Source: an uncultured Methylococcus sp. (GTDB lineage: Bacteria > Pseudomonadota > Gammaproteobacteria > Methylococcales > Methylococcaceae). From it: DNA of 51,289 nt. This document shows, piece after piece, positions 39,134 through 48,401 of this stretch. Where the stretch lies: assembly GCA_964344495.1 (NCBI GenBank), contig CAYFNI010000001.1:1-51289 (forward strand), given 5' to 3'. Position 1 is the first letter of the stretch, and each line of letters begins with the position of its first letter. The notes beneath the pieces were generated by a model that saw only the letters and a list, made by a program, of their open reading frames with translations, did no database searches and was not told the DNA's origin. The position numbers and the translations under genes were made by a program.

Positions 39134-40405
39134 CCGGAGCCGTTCCTCAGCCGGAAGCCACAACCTGAGCCCGGGCGCAGTCATCAGGGTACTGGCAATC
39201 GCCATCAGAACCAGCATCGTGAATACCGGTCGCGGCAGCACGCCAAGGTCATAGCCGAGGTTAATCACGATCAGTTCCATCAGCGCACGGGTATTCATCA
39301 TGATGGCAATGCAGCGGGCTTCATCCCGTCCCAGTCCACCGGCGCGCGCGGCCCAGTAGCATCCGACCAGCTTGCCGGCCATCGCCAGCAGTATCAGGCC
39401 AGCACACCAACCCCACAGGTTGCCGTTGGCCAGACTGCCAATATCAGTGCGCAGACCCGTGTACGTGAAGAAAATGGGCAGGAAGAACACCATCAGCAGA
39501 TCCTCGACCCGGGCGCGCCACGCTCGCACGAGCACGTGATGCCGATGCAGCAGCACCCCGGCAATGAACCCGCCGAAAATCGCGAAAATGCCGAGTTGAC
39601 TGGTGACGATGGCAGAGCCGAAGATCAGCGCCAGCAGCAGCGCCAGCACATCCTGTGGCAAATGCTCGGCCGTGATCGGACACCGTTTAAGCCAGCGGCT
39701 GATCAAGGGCCGCATAACCCCCCACGACACCGCCAGATACATGACTAATCCAGTCAGCTGTCGAATGACGGCGGGTCCTGAGAAGTGTTCGGTACTGATG
39801 GCGGCCACAACCGCCAGCAACACCCAGCCGACGGCATCGTTGGCGGCGGCGGCGGCGATCGTCACGACGCCCAGTCGACTGCGGGTCAGGCCGAATTCCA
39901 TCAGAATCCGCCCCAGAATCGGCACCGCCGTGATCGACAGTGCGATGGCGATGAACAAGCTGTAAGCCAGCGGCGAAATGCCGGGCGCCAATACGGCGGC
40001 GCTGACCTGTCCGAATCCGAAGCCGAGGGAGAACGGCAACAGGATGCCCGCGCTGGTGACCAGCAGGGTCACGCGACGGTTGACGGCTGTGCCCAGCTGG
40101 GTGAAGTCGAACTCCAGCCCGATCTGAAACATGAGCAGGATCAGACCGATCTGGCTGATCAGGGTCAAGGGCGTGCTATCGATGGAACGGAACAGCCAGT
40201 TGAAGGGCGTCGGCGCCAAAGCGCCGAACAGGGACGGTCCCAGCAGCAGACCGGCCACGATTTCACCCACCGCTCGGGGTTGCTTCAAGCGCACGCTCAC
40301 ATAGCCGGCTCCACGCGCGGCCACAATAATCACGATCAATTGAAGTAGCGTGAAGAGCAGAAGCGTTTCGATCGTATGCACGCCGCTGGCGGGGGTCTGG
40401 TTCAT
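39119..40405 (-). CDS. CPA2-family cation:proton antiporter (Kef/NapA-like, membrane domain only)
   Basis: ORF 39119..40453 is trimmed to ATG 40405 (MNQTPASGVHTIETLLLFTLLQLIVIIVAARG). It has about 12 TM segments and contains PRAVGEIVAGLLLGPS, typical of Na_H_Exchanger proteins. Confidence 0.75.
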   Translation of the reverse strand: MNQTPASGVHTIETLLLFTLLQLIVIIVAARGAGYVSVRLKQPRAVGEIVAGLLLGPSLFGALAPTPFNWLFRSIDSTPLTLISQIGLILLMFQIGLEFDFTQLGTAVNRRVTLLVTSAGILLPFSLGFGFGQVSAAVLAPGISPLAYSLFIAIALSITAVPILGRILMEFGLTRSRLGVVTIAAAAANDAVGWVLLAVVAAISTEHFSGPAVIRQLTGLVMYLAVSWGVMRPLISRWLKRCPITAEHLPQDVLALLLALIFGSAIVTSQLGIFAIFGGFIAGVLLHRHHVLVRAWRARVEDLLMVFFLPIFFTYTGLRTDIGSLANGNLWGWCAGLILLAMAGKLVGCYWAARAGGLGRDEARCIAIMMNTRALMELIVINLGYDLGVLPRPVFTMLVLMAIASTLMTAPGLRLWLPAEERLRSGRS

Positions 40406-40430
40406 GTTGCAGGCAGGGTGGGGTATGGGT

Positions 40431-41150
40431 TCAGTAAAGTCCGCCGTTGACACCGAACACCTGTCCGGTGATGTAAGACGCTTTCTCCGATGCCAGAAAG
40501 GCGGCGAGATGGGCGACTTCTTCGGGCCGGCCAGGACGTTTCAACGGCACCCGGTCGGCGATCAGGGCAGGGTCGAAATGACCTTCGCTCATGGGGCTTT
40601 CGATGATGCCGGGAGCAATCACGTTCACCAGCACGTTGCGGCTGCCCAGTTCGATGGCGAGCGACTTGCTGGCGCCGATCAGTCCGGCCTTGGCGGCGGC
40701 GTAATTGGCCTGACCGCGGTTACCGCTCAGGGCCGCCACCGAGGCGATACTGATGATGCGTCCCCAGCGGGTTCGCAGCATGGGCATCAACAACGGCCGG
40801 GTGACATTGAAAAAACCATGCAGCGAACTGTCGATGACTTGTTGCCACTGGGTGTGGGTCATGCCGACCATGGGGGCATCGTCGTGATGGCCTGCATTGT
40901 TGATCACTATCTGAATCGGATGCCGCTCCGCCAATTCGGTCAGCAGCGTGTCGGTCTGGGCCACATCCGTGACATCGAAGGCAAGCGCTGAGGCTGAGCC
41001 ACCACCGGCACGAATCTGCTTGGCGATAGCCTCTGCGGCCTCCAGACGCCGGTGCGCATGCACGTGAACATGCAGGCCCTCCGCGGCGAGGGCAAGACAC
41101 AAGGCGCGACCAATGGCGCCACTGCCGCCGGTGACGAGTGCATGTTTCAC
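40431..41150 (-). CDS. fabG: 3-oxoacyl-ACP reductase (SDR)
   Basis: 239 aa. The GTG start overlaps the upstream stop (GTGA). Motifs: ALVTGGSGAIGRA, NNAG and YAAAKAG (YxxxK). Confidence 0.85.
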   Translation of the reverse strand: MKHALVTGGSGAIGRALCLALAAEGLHVHVHAHRRLEAAEAIAKQIRAGGGSASALAFDVTDVAQTDTLLTELAERHPIQIVINNAGHHDDAPMVGMTHTQWQQVIDSSLHGFFNVTRPLLMPMLRTRWGRIISIASVAALSGNRGQANYAAAKAGLIGASKSLAIELGSRNVLVNVIAPGIIESPMSEGHFDPALIADRVPLKRPGRPEEVAHLAAFLASEKASYITGQVFGVNGGLY

Positions 41151-41593
41151 GGTCGGGGATCCTCATCGACGAAGGCTAGCGTCAAACGGCCGCGCAACAG
41201 GCAGTCGCAGTCGGCGCTGAGCGTGAAGGCGTACATGGCATGGCGACGCTCCTCGACGATCAGTGTCACCTCGACCTCAAGCTCGGCCGTCAGCGTATCC
41301 AGGAACGCCACAGTGGCGTGTACGGCATGAGCGCTGGCGAGAACCGCCCGCCGTGCCGCACGGGGTTTACCCGGCGCCATCAGGGCCCCATGCAGGGCCA
41401 TGCACTGGGCAGCCAGTTCGATGCCGGTCGCCACTCCGAGTCGGCCCGCGCGTCGGAGCGGATGCTCCGGGTCCCGATGATGGTTCGAGCGGGCAATCAG
41501 GCGGGTAGGCTCACATGCCACAACGGCATCCACCAGCACCATGCGGCCGGCATGGGGCAATAACGCGGCGATCTTGGCAGGGGTCAGTTGCAC
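41147..41593 (-). CDS. Hotdog-fold 3-hydroxyacyl-ACP dehydratase (aryl-polyene cluster type)
   Basis: 148 aa. LLPHAGRMVLVDAVV...HPLRRAGRLGVATGIELAAQCMALHG is typical of the FabA/FabZ-like ApeP-type dehydratases found next to KS/KR genes. Confidence 0.65.
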   Translation of the reverse strand: MQLTPAKIAALLPHAGRMVLVDAVVACEPTRLIARSNHHRDPEHPLRRAGRLGVATGIELAAQCMALHGALMAPGKPRAARRAVLASAHAVHATVAFLDTLTAELEVEVTLIVEERRHAMYAFTLSADCDCLLRGRLTLAFVDEDPRP

Positions 41594-42378
41594 GGGGTCA
41601 CCCGCAGGGCGAGACGCCCCTGCATGCCGTGCCCAAAGCTGAGTTCGGCCATCTGGCCGAGAGCGAGTGCGCCCAGCAGAGGCAGGGCACGAGCTGCAGG
41701 ATTGGCCTGCCTGAGCGTTTCAAGCTGAGGGTTGGTCAGCGGCTGATCATCGGGCGCTGCTGCCTGATACAGGCCCTGCAAGCGGGCTATGGCGGGCATC
41801 TGCCCTGGCGGTGCCAGCAGCAGCGCTACGGCAACAGGCTGCGTCACGGCACGAAATTCGGCGATGGGAAACAGCGGCGGAAGATCATAGGCGACCAATA
41901 ACACCGGCCGACGGTCATCGGCGCAGCGCAACAGTGCTTCGGCCAGCCCGGTGCCGAAACTGTCATCGAACGCGCACAGGCTGTCCGTCGGCTGCTCGGA
42001 GCCAGTCGCGATACTCCAGTAACCTGCGGCCGCGTTATGGACCGAATTATGAAAGGCCATGGGCGACAGACGTCGGTCGTCCCCGGCCAGTTGCTCGAAG
42101 AGGCCATGTACGACCTCGACCTCGCCGCCGGAGGATGCAAACACCGAGGCGATACCGGCAGGATCACGCTGGCCGAGAGCCTCGCTGGCCGCATCGATGG
42201 CCAGCCGGGCCACCCGTGAGGCCCGACGCCGTTCGGTGGCTGGCAGACCGGTGGCCTGCGATGCGGGGAGTGCCGCTGACACCCAGGGGCGCCGGCCGGA
42301 GAGGATCTCACGCGCATCGGCCCAGTTGGCCAGACCCGGTGCCCGCAGACCGATACCGATGAGGTCAACGTCGATCAT
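41584..42378 (-). CDS. Beta-ketoacyl synthase N-terminal-like, chain-length-factor-type protein (no catalytic Cys)
   Basis: ORF 41584..42651 is trimmed to ATG 42378, which overlaps the KS stop (ATGA), giving 264 aa. MIDVDLIGIGLRAPGLANWADAREIL...LPATERRRASRVARLAIDAA is KS-like but lacks the TACSS active site. Confidence 0.65.
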   Translation of the reverse strand: MIDVDLIGIGLRAPGLANWADAREILSGRRPWVSAALPASQATGLPATERRRASRVARLAIDAASEALGQRDPAGIASVFASSGGEVEVVHGLFEQLAGDDRRLSPMAFHNSVHNAAAGYWSIATGSEQPTDSLCAFDDSFGTGLAEALLRCADDRRPVLLVAYDLPPLFPIAEFRAVTQPVAVALLLAPPGQMPAIARLQGLYQAAAPDDQPLTNPQLETLRQANPAARALPLLGALALGQMAELSFGHGMQGRLALRVTPCN

Positions 42379-43607
42379 GCTGCGGTCCTGCCAAGCAACA
42401 GGCTGGCATTGCTGCCGCCGAAACCGAAGGCATTGCACAGCACGGTCTGCAAGGCACGGCGCTCCTCCTGCAACAACACCCGGCTTCCGAAAGCGGGATC
42501 GATGCGACGGGTGTTCAGGCTCGGCGGCATCAGGCCTTCCTCGAGGCAGATGGCGCCGATCAGTAGATTCATGATGCCCGCGGCCCCGAGGGTATGACCA
42601 ATCCAGCCCTTGATGGAACTGCAGGGAGTGCCCGCACCGAGCACCTCGCACAGCGCACGATCCTCGGCGCTGTCGTTGCTGCGCGTGGCCGTGCCATGCA
42701 GGAGGGTGAAATCAACCGCGGCGGCCGGACGGCCAGCCCGCTCCAGACACTGTCGCATGGCCAGGACGGCGCCGCGGCCATCCGGATGCGGAGAGGACAT
42801 GTGATGCGCATCCGCACTCTCGCCATAGCCCAGCAGGGCCAGACCGGATTCAGCGGTTGATGCGCGCTCCAGCAGGGCAAAGCCGGCTGCTTCACCGATC
42901 GAAATCCCATCCCGGTCTGCATCTGCGGGACGGCAGGGTGATTCGGACACCAGTTCCAGAGCCTTGAAACCATACAGGGTGGTCAGGCACAGGCTGTCGA
43001 CGCCGCCGGCGACGACTGCATCACACCAGCCGGCATTCAGCCAGCGCGCCGCGCTGGCAAAGACCTTGGCGCTCGAGGAGCAGGCCGTCGACAGACTGAG
43101 GGTGGGGCCACAGACGCCCAGGGCCGTGCGTATGAAGTCGGCTGGGGCAAACGTGTTCTGGGTCTCGCGATAGCGAAAATCGGCCGGCAGCCGTCCTGAT
43201 ACCGGATCCCGCTGCCGATAGGCCACTTCGGTTTCCCGGATGCCGGAGGTGCTGGTACCGATGATGACGCCCACCCGATCCGGGCCGTGCCGTCGGGCGG
43301 CCGCAGCGACCGCTGCGCGAAAATCATCTTGTTGCAACGCCCACCCTGCCAGGCGGTGGTTACGCGATTCGAACCGGTTCAGTGCCGCGGGCAGCGGCTG
43401 AGTTTCAACGTCCGCGACCCGGCCGATCCAGCAGGGAAAATCCACCAACGGGACGTCGCAGGGACGCAAGCCCGTGCGTTGGCCGAGCAATCCGGCCAGT
43501 GTTGCAGCCCGACCGGCCCCGAGGGCATTGGTCAGCGTGTAGGCCCTGACCGCCAGCGGCGGGCGGGCAGTGACGGGCGTCATCGAGGGCAGGTCGGTGC
43601 GGGGCAT
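42375..43607 (-). CDS. Beta-ketoacyl-ACP synthase (FabF/FabB-like KS)
   Basis: ORF 42375..43766 is trimmed to ATG 43607 (alternative ATG 43583). It has the active-site Cys in LSTACSSSAKVF and the His pair in LHGTATRSND and IKGWIGHTLGAAG. Confidence 0.85.
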   Translation of the reverse strand: MPRTDLPSMTPVTARPPLAVRAYTLTNALGAGRAATLAGLLGQRTGLRPCDVPLVDFPCWIGRVADVETQPLPAALNRFESRNHRLAGWALQQDDFRAAVAAAARRHGPDRVGVIIGTSTSGIRETEVAYRQRDPVSGRLPADFRYRETQNTFAPADFIRTALGVCGPTLSLSTACSSSAKVFASAARWLNAGWCDAVVAGGVDSLCLTTLYGFKALELVSESPCRPADADRDGISIGEAAGFALLERASTAESGLALLGYGESADAHHMSSPHPDGRGAVLAMRQCLERAGRPAAAVDFTLLHGTATRSNDSAEDRALCEVLGAGTPCSSIKGWIGHTLGAAGIMNLLIGAICLEEGLMPPSLNTRRIDPAFGSRVLLQEERRALQTVLCNAFGFGGSNASLLLGRTAA

Positions 43608-43615
43608 GACAGGAA

Positions 43616-45934
43616 TTATCCGGGATGCCGGGGCCTTTGTGCCAGTAATGACGCGAATCCGATCGCCAGCACGGCGCCCACGGCGACAGTGGTGCCGATT
43701 GACCGGAGGATATTGATCTCGGACAGGGCGAGCGTACCAAAGGCCAGCACGGCACTGCTGCTGCAAATCAGCAGCGAGAGCCAGGTCCGGCGACGCTCCT
43801 CATCGTCAGCGGCATCGTGATTAAAGAACAGGGCCTGATCCAGGCTGAGCCCGATGACCAGCAGCAAGGACACAAGATGATAGAGATTCAGCCCCCCGAA
43901 CCAGAGCGCCATCAGCAAGGCGGTGCAGAGACCGGCCAGCAGGACCGGCACGAGCACCCGCAGGGCCTCGAGGCAACTCTTCAAGCCGACCGCCAGCATG
44001 ATGCCGATCAGGACCAGACTGCCCGTCAGCCATCGGACGGCCTCCTGACGGTAGTCCCGCATGATTCGGGTGGTCGCCTGTTGTAGATCGACATACTGCA
44101 CGCCCGTCGCCGAAAGCGGGGCGAGCGCGGCTTCGAGGGCCGGCTCGTCATGAATGCCGGTCAAGGGCAAGAGTGCAACCCAACGGTCGTCGATGCGCAG
44201 CAGGAGGCTATCGACCCGATCAGCCAGCGGCGTGCCTTCAAGCCCAGCACGCGTCAGTGGTGTCTGAGTGCGGGCACGCAAGGCATCGGCCAGGAACGCA
44301 TCGAACAGGGAGTGCTGGAACGGCAGTCCCTTCGCTGCAGTCTGCAATGCGGCGTTGAGTCGATCCGGCGGGGGCAGGTGTGCCAGCCGCGTTCGCTGGA
44401 GGGACTGACTGGGCAGATAGCGGCTGGGCGCATCGTAACCGGTCAGGACACCTTGCGACTGCAGCTCATCAAGGCGTGCCGCCACCTGCTCGGACTGTTG
44501 CAGGGCCGTCTCGGCTTCGGCGGCCGTAGCAATGATCAGTTTGCGCAAATCGGGCGCCAGAAAGTCCTCTTGCAGACGGGCGTCCAGAACCTGTCGGGCG
44601 TTCGGAACCGGGTTGAGGGCGGTAATTTCATCGTTCCAGAGTGGGCTGCTTGCCCACAGGACACTGGCCAGCAGGGCCAGCGTCATTGTCCAAGGCAGGA
44701 TGCGCAGCCAGACGCGACGGGGGGGACGGAACCGGCTGCCGCGGCTGATCCAGGTCGGCAGGCGCGCGGCACTGCCGGACAGGCACGGCAAGACCCAGCG
44801 GGTGGCGTAGCCGGCCGCCAGCAGACCGGCTCCGGCGAACAGGGCCAGCTGCATCAGACCGGTAAAGCCGGAACAGAGCATCGACGCGAAGCCGGCGACA
44901 TTGGTCCACACACCGAGGCGCAAGGTCGGCCAGATCCGCCGCATGGCGCGGTGTGGCGTGTCCCCCGGTGCCAGATGGGTAAAGAAATGATTGGGGTAAT
45001 CGGCTGCCACACCGAGCAACGTGGCTCCGAACCCCAGCGTGATGCCATGCAAACCGCCATAGACCAAACTGGTAACGGCGGCCCCGGTGAGCAGGCCTGT
45101 GAACAGCGGTATCAGCCCAAGGGCCAGGATCCGCAACGAGCGATAGACCAGATAGATCAGGCCTGCGACCAGCAGCGTGTTGATGATCGAGAGCCAGGCA
45201 GCATCATGGGTGATGCGTCGGTCGGCCTCGACACTCAAGACGCCGGGACCCCCCAGTATGAGTTTGAGCGAACGGGCCATGGGCAGGGCGTTGAACGCTG
45301 TCTGCACCGTGTCTTGCGCATGCGCCTGCTGATCGATCTGAAAGCCGGAGGCCCGGGTGCGGGCCAGCAGCAGGGCCCTCTGGCCGTCGTGGGATACCCA
45401 GACGCCTTGTCGCTGGGGGAGTTGGGCTTCGGTTTGCCAGGCTCGTAACACCTGCTGCCATGCACCGGTGGGATCATGTGGCAGCCACTGGCTTATCAGC
45501 CCGGCCGCGGGTGTGGCGAGCTCCTGCAGCCGTTGCATGAGCGCGGATCGGAGCGCGGGTGCGGTGAATATGCCGCTGGTCAGGGCCGGATTCAGTGCAT
45601 AACGGTACTCGAACAGTCGCCCTTCGAGTTCGCTCAGCCAGTGCTGATCCGGACCGTCGAGTACGGTTTCAAAATCGGGCTCTGCGCGCAAGCGCCGGGT
45701 GAGTTGCCGGCTGGCCTCGGCCCGAGTGATTTCATCGCCGCCTTCGAGCGCAATCAACAGCAGCCTGGAGGCAGGGCCTGTTCGCATTTGCTGGACCAGT
45801 ATGGCGTCCAGCAGTTGGGGATTCCGGGGCAGGAAAAACGTGAGATCGGTCGCAATCTCGGTACGGAACAGCGCGATCCAACCCGCCACACACAGCCACG
45901 CGACCCAGATCAGCAGCGTCAGGCGTGATCTCAT
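43616..45934 (-). CDS. MMPL/RND-superfamily membrane exporter
   Basis: 772 aa. Two blocks of about 6 TM segments are each preceded by a large soluble loop, which is the usual partner architecture for LolA-like genes in aryl-polyene clusters. Confidence 0.75.
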   Translation of the reverse strand: MRSRLTLLIWVAWLCVAGWIALFRTEIATDLTFFLPRNPQLLDAILVQQMRTGPASRLLLIALEGGDEITRAEASRQLTRRLRAEPDFETVLDGPDQHWLSELEGRLFEYRYALNPALTSGIFTAPALRSALMQRLQELATPAAGLISQWLPHDPTGAWQQVLRAWQTEAQLPQRQGVWVSHDGQRALLLARTRASGFQIDQQAHAQDTVQTAFNALPMARSLKLILGGPGVLSVEADRRITHDAAWLSIINTLLVAGLIYLVYRSLRILALGLIPLFTGLLTGAAVTSLVYGGLHGITLGFGATLLGVAADYPNHFFTHLAPGDTPHRAMRRIWPTLRLGVWTNVAGFASMLCSGFTGLMQLALFAGAGLLAAGYATRWVLPCLSGSAARLPTWISRGSRFRPPRRVWLRILPWTMTLALLASVLWASSPLWNDEITALNPVPNARQVLDARLQEDFLAPDLRKLIIATAAEAETALQQSEQVAARLDELQSQGVLTGYDAPSRYLPSQSLQRTRLAHLPPPDRLNAALQTAAKGLPFQHSLFDAFLADALRARTQTPLTRAGLEGTPLADRVDSLLLRIDDRWVALLPLTGIHDEPALEAALAPLSATGVQYVDLQQATTRIMRDYRQEAVRWLTGSLVLIGIMLAVGLKSCLEALRVLVPVLLAGLCTALLMALWFGGLNLYHLVSLLLVIGLSLDQALFFNHDAADDEERRRTWLSLLICSSSAVLAFGTLALSEINILRSIGTTVAVGAVLAIGFASLLAQRPRHPG

Positions 45935-46551
45935 CGTCGCTCCGGTTGCAGCGTCAGCTCTGACCGGTCACCGGTGTCATAGTCCAGGGTCATTCGCGTG
46001 ATGTGCCCGTCATGACCTTCCAGCCTGACCGATCGCACCAGCCCGGTCAGCTCTGTGGATCGAGGTGTCAGTATCAAGGTCCAGCGCCTCCATGAGCCGC
46101 CCAGACTCGCCTGCCAAAACGCCTGCACGCCGGCCAGATCACCTGCCAGCGGTGCGCGAAGACTCTCGGCAAACGCCTGCAGCGGCGGGTAATCCGCCAG
46201 ACTGAGGTTGATCTCGCGCGCATCGCCGGGCGGGCGAACCGTCACCCGGTCATGGTCGATGATGTAATGCGCTTCGGCCGGATAACCCTCATGCCGGGCC
46301 AGATAGTCCGGCGGGCGGAATTCCAGTGTGCCCTCGATCCGCAACGGTTGGGTCAGCATTCGCACGTGTTTGGTTTCGATGAAGTGCAGGTGGCGTTCGC
46401 GCGTGTCGGCGAGGCGCTGGAACAAGGTGGTCAGGGTTGGTCCAGCGGTGGACGGGTCAGCAGCCGCCGGGCACACATGAGCCAGCAGGCCGAGGATGCA
46501 CCCCAAGGCGAAACCGGCCCTGCGATCAGGACGATGACGGCAGGAGATCAT
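45931..46551 (-). CDS. LolA-like outer-membrane lipoprotein-carrier family protein
   Basis: ORF 45931..46641 is trimmed to ATG 46551. The stop overlaps the MMPL start (ATGA). It has a signal peptide (FALGCILGLLAHVCPAAA) and a body LHFIETKHVRMLTQPLRIEGTLEFRPPDYL that resembles LolA-like proteins. Confidence 0.6.
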   Translation of the reverse strand: MISCRHRPDRRAGFALGCILGLLAHVCPAAADPSTAGPTLTTLFQRLADTRERHLHFIETKHVRMLTQPLRIEGTLEFRPPDYLARHEGYPAEAHYIIDHDRVTVRPPGDAREINLSLADYPPLQAFAESLRAPLAGDLAGVQAFWQASLGGSWRRWTLILTPRSTELTGLVRSVRLEGHDGHITRMTLDYDTGDRSELTLQPERR

Positions 46552-47422
46552 GAAAATTGAACCAGTTGTAGGGCGCCAATCGGCAATAGTGCTCCAGGCG
46601 TTCGACATAAGCCTGCATGAGGCGCTGGGTTTCGGCCTCACGCGCGGACCGTTCAGCCGTGGGGCTATCCGTCAGTGGCTCGAAGTACAGGCGATATTCG
46701 CCCCAGCCCGTCTGAAGGCAAAAGAACAGCAGCACCGGCTGACGTAACGCCTGCGCCAGCAGGATCGGTGTTTGCGGAAAGTCGACTTGTTCGTCAAAGA
46801 ACCGGCATGCCACCCGACGCTCGTTGGGCAGGCAGCGATCTCCAAGCAGTGCGAGCATCCCGCCCTGTTGCATGAAGTCATTCACCCCGATCAGGGCCGC
46901 CGGATGGCCGGAGGCAATAATGTCGTCATGCAGCGCCGGATTGAGGCTGCGGTAGAAGCGGCTGATGCCCGGCGTCGCCTCCCCGTCCATCAGCGCCTTG
47001 ACGCGCAGATCGAGTCGCAGGCGTCCCAGCACGCGGATGATCTCGAAACTGCCCAGATGCGATCCGAGCAACAGGCAACCCTGTTTTGCGTTGGCATAGT
47101 GTTCGATCAGATCCAGGCCCTGAACGTGGACCTTGAGGGTGTCTTCCCGGCCGGCGAGGACAAACAGCCGGTCCAGCAGGGTACCGGCAAAGGTGTGGTA
47201 TTGGCGGAAGCTATCCAGCCAGGTCGGTGTGCGACCGAGCGCCTTGAGCAGATAGCGACGGGAGGCCTTCAGGGTCTGGTTGCGCACCAGCATGAAATAG
47301 GCCGTGATCGGGTACAGCAGGCATCGGGCAACGCCGCGGCCGAGATGCAGGGCGATCCAGGTGATAGTCCGGATCCAGAACGGATTGCTGCGTTCGGGCA
47401 GGTCCTGCCAATCGCGGCTCAT
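46526..47422 (-). CDS. LpxL/HtrB-family lysophospholipid (lipid A-type) acyltransferase
   Basis: 298 aa. The ATG overlaps the upstream stop (ATGA). It has an N-terminal TM segment (WIRTITWIALHLG) and GCLLLGSHLGSFE (the HxxxxD/E-type region). Confidence 0.65.
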   Translation of the reverse strand: MSRDWQDLPERSNPFWIRTITWIALHLGRGVARCLLYPITAYFMLVRNQTLKASRRYLLKALGRTPTWLDSFRQYHTFAGTLLDRLFVLAGREDTLKVHVQGLDLIEHYANAKQGCLLLGSHLGSFEIIRVLGRLRLDLRVKALMDGEATPGISRFYRSLNPALHDDIIASGHPAALIGVNDFMQQGGMLALLGDRCLPNERRVACRFFDEQVDFPQTPILLAQALRQPVLLFFCLQTGWGEYRLYFEPLTDSPTAERSAREAETQRLMQAYVERLEHYCRLAPYNWFNFHDLLPSSS

Positions 47423-47721
47423 GTCGGATTTTCGACGCGGGCCAGAATGCCCGATGCGACTTTCCGATCGGCGCAGGCACAGACGAAACGGAGCCCCTTG
47501 GCGCAGTCATCGAAATCGATGGTGCACATCTCATCCGGGCGCAATGGGCTCAGGAACCGGATCTGTACCAGATCGCACCGGCCGTAGCGGGGATCATGCG
47601 CCTGCGCGGCTGCCAGAAGTTCATCGACGATGACTGCGCCGGGCACGATCGGAGACCCGGGAAAGTGGCCGGGCAGGGCAGGGTGTGTGGCCGGGATGCA
47701 AAAGCGTTGGGTGTCCGTCAT
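47419..47721 (-). CDS. Hotdog-fold dehydratase/thioesterase-like protein (ApeI-type)
   Basis: ORF 47419..47967 is trimmed to ATG 47721, which overlaps the upstream stop (ATGA), giving 100 aa. It contains HPALPGHFPGSPIVPGAVIVDELL, the FabA/FabZ-type HxxxxGHFP motif. Confidence 0.65.
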   Translation of the reverse strand: MTDTQRFCIPATHPALPGHFPGSPIVPGAVIVDELLAAAQAHDPRYGRCDLVQIRFLSPLRPDEMCTIDFDDCAKGLRFVCACADRKVASGILARVENPT

Positions 47722-48401
47722 GAACGGTGCCCGGAGACGACATCCGGTGCCTTCCAACCATGCGCGATCAGCGTTCTCAGGACCTGCCCGAGCGGCGTGC
47801 GGGGATGGCCGCTGAACCGATGGCGGCGATAGATGTGCTCGGCGATGAAGAAGCCTGCCATCAGCCACAGGTTGAGTGTATTGGCGAACAGCCATACGGT
47901 GGACTGATCGGCCCAGACGGCCAACAGCACGGATTGCAGAGCGAGCGCCACGAACAATCCGGCCCACGCGGCGGTCAGACGGCGGGTATAGGTGGCTAGC
48001 GCGGGCGCCAGAGGACCACTTTCACCCCGCGCGAGTCGAGCGATACGGCTGATCAGCGCTTCGTTGCCGGGGGCCAGCGTCAGATGAAACATCCGCGCCA
48101 ACATCAGGTTCACCGCAGCCGGCATCAACGCGAGCGTCAAGGTCGGCTGCAGCCACAATCCGACCCCAAGGAGCACGATCCCGCCCAAGGCCAGCATGAT
48201 GCGCACCCGCACCGGCAAAGGAGTCAGTAGACCCATGCCCAAGCCGAGAGCCACTCCGGCGTCAGGGAGCCCGAACCAGACATCGGGTAGCACCCCGAGG
48301 CGCAACAACAGGAAAGCCAGCACTGGAAAGCTGAAAGCCAGTGCGAGCGTAAGTCTGAGCCGGTCGGGCGGTTCAGGTCGTTCGACGCGTGGTGACGGCA
48401 T
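47718..48401 (-). CDS. Integral membrane protein of unknown function within the polyene cluster
   Basis: About 227 aa with 5-6 TM segments. The start is uncertain: the ORF extends to 48413 and overlaps the ACP 3' end. Confidence 0.55.
   Translation of the reverse strand: MPSPRVERPEPPDRLRLTLALAFSFPVLAFLLLRLGVLPDVWFGLPDAGVALGLGMGLLTPLPVRVRIMLALGGIVLLGVGLWLQPTLTLALMPAAVNLMLARMFHLTLAPGNEALISRIARLARGESGPLAPALATYTRRLTAAWAGLFVALALQSVLLAVWADQSTVWLFANTLNLWLMAGFFIAEHIYRRHRFSGHPRTPLGQVLRTLIAHGWKAPDVVSGHRS

Noticed and set aside
44150-45448. 432-aa plus-strand ORF antisense to the MMPL exporter gene
   Set aside because: The product is low-complexity and Gly/Gln/Arg/Pro-rich. The opposite strand encodes a coherent 12-TM transporter. 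This is a GC-rich antisense artefact.
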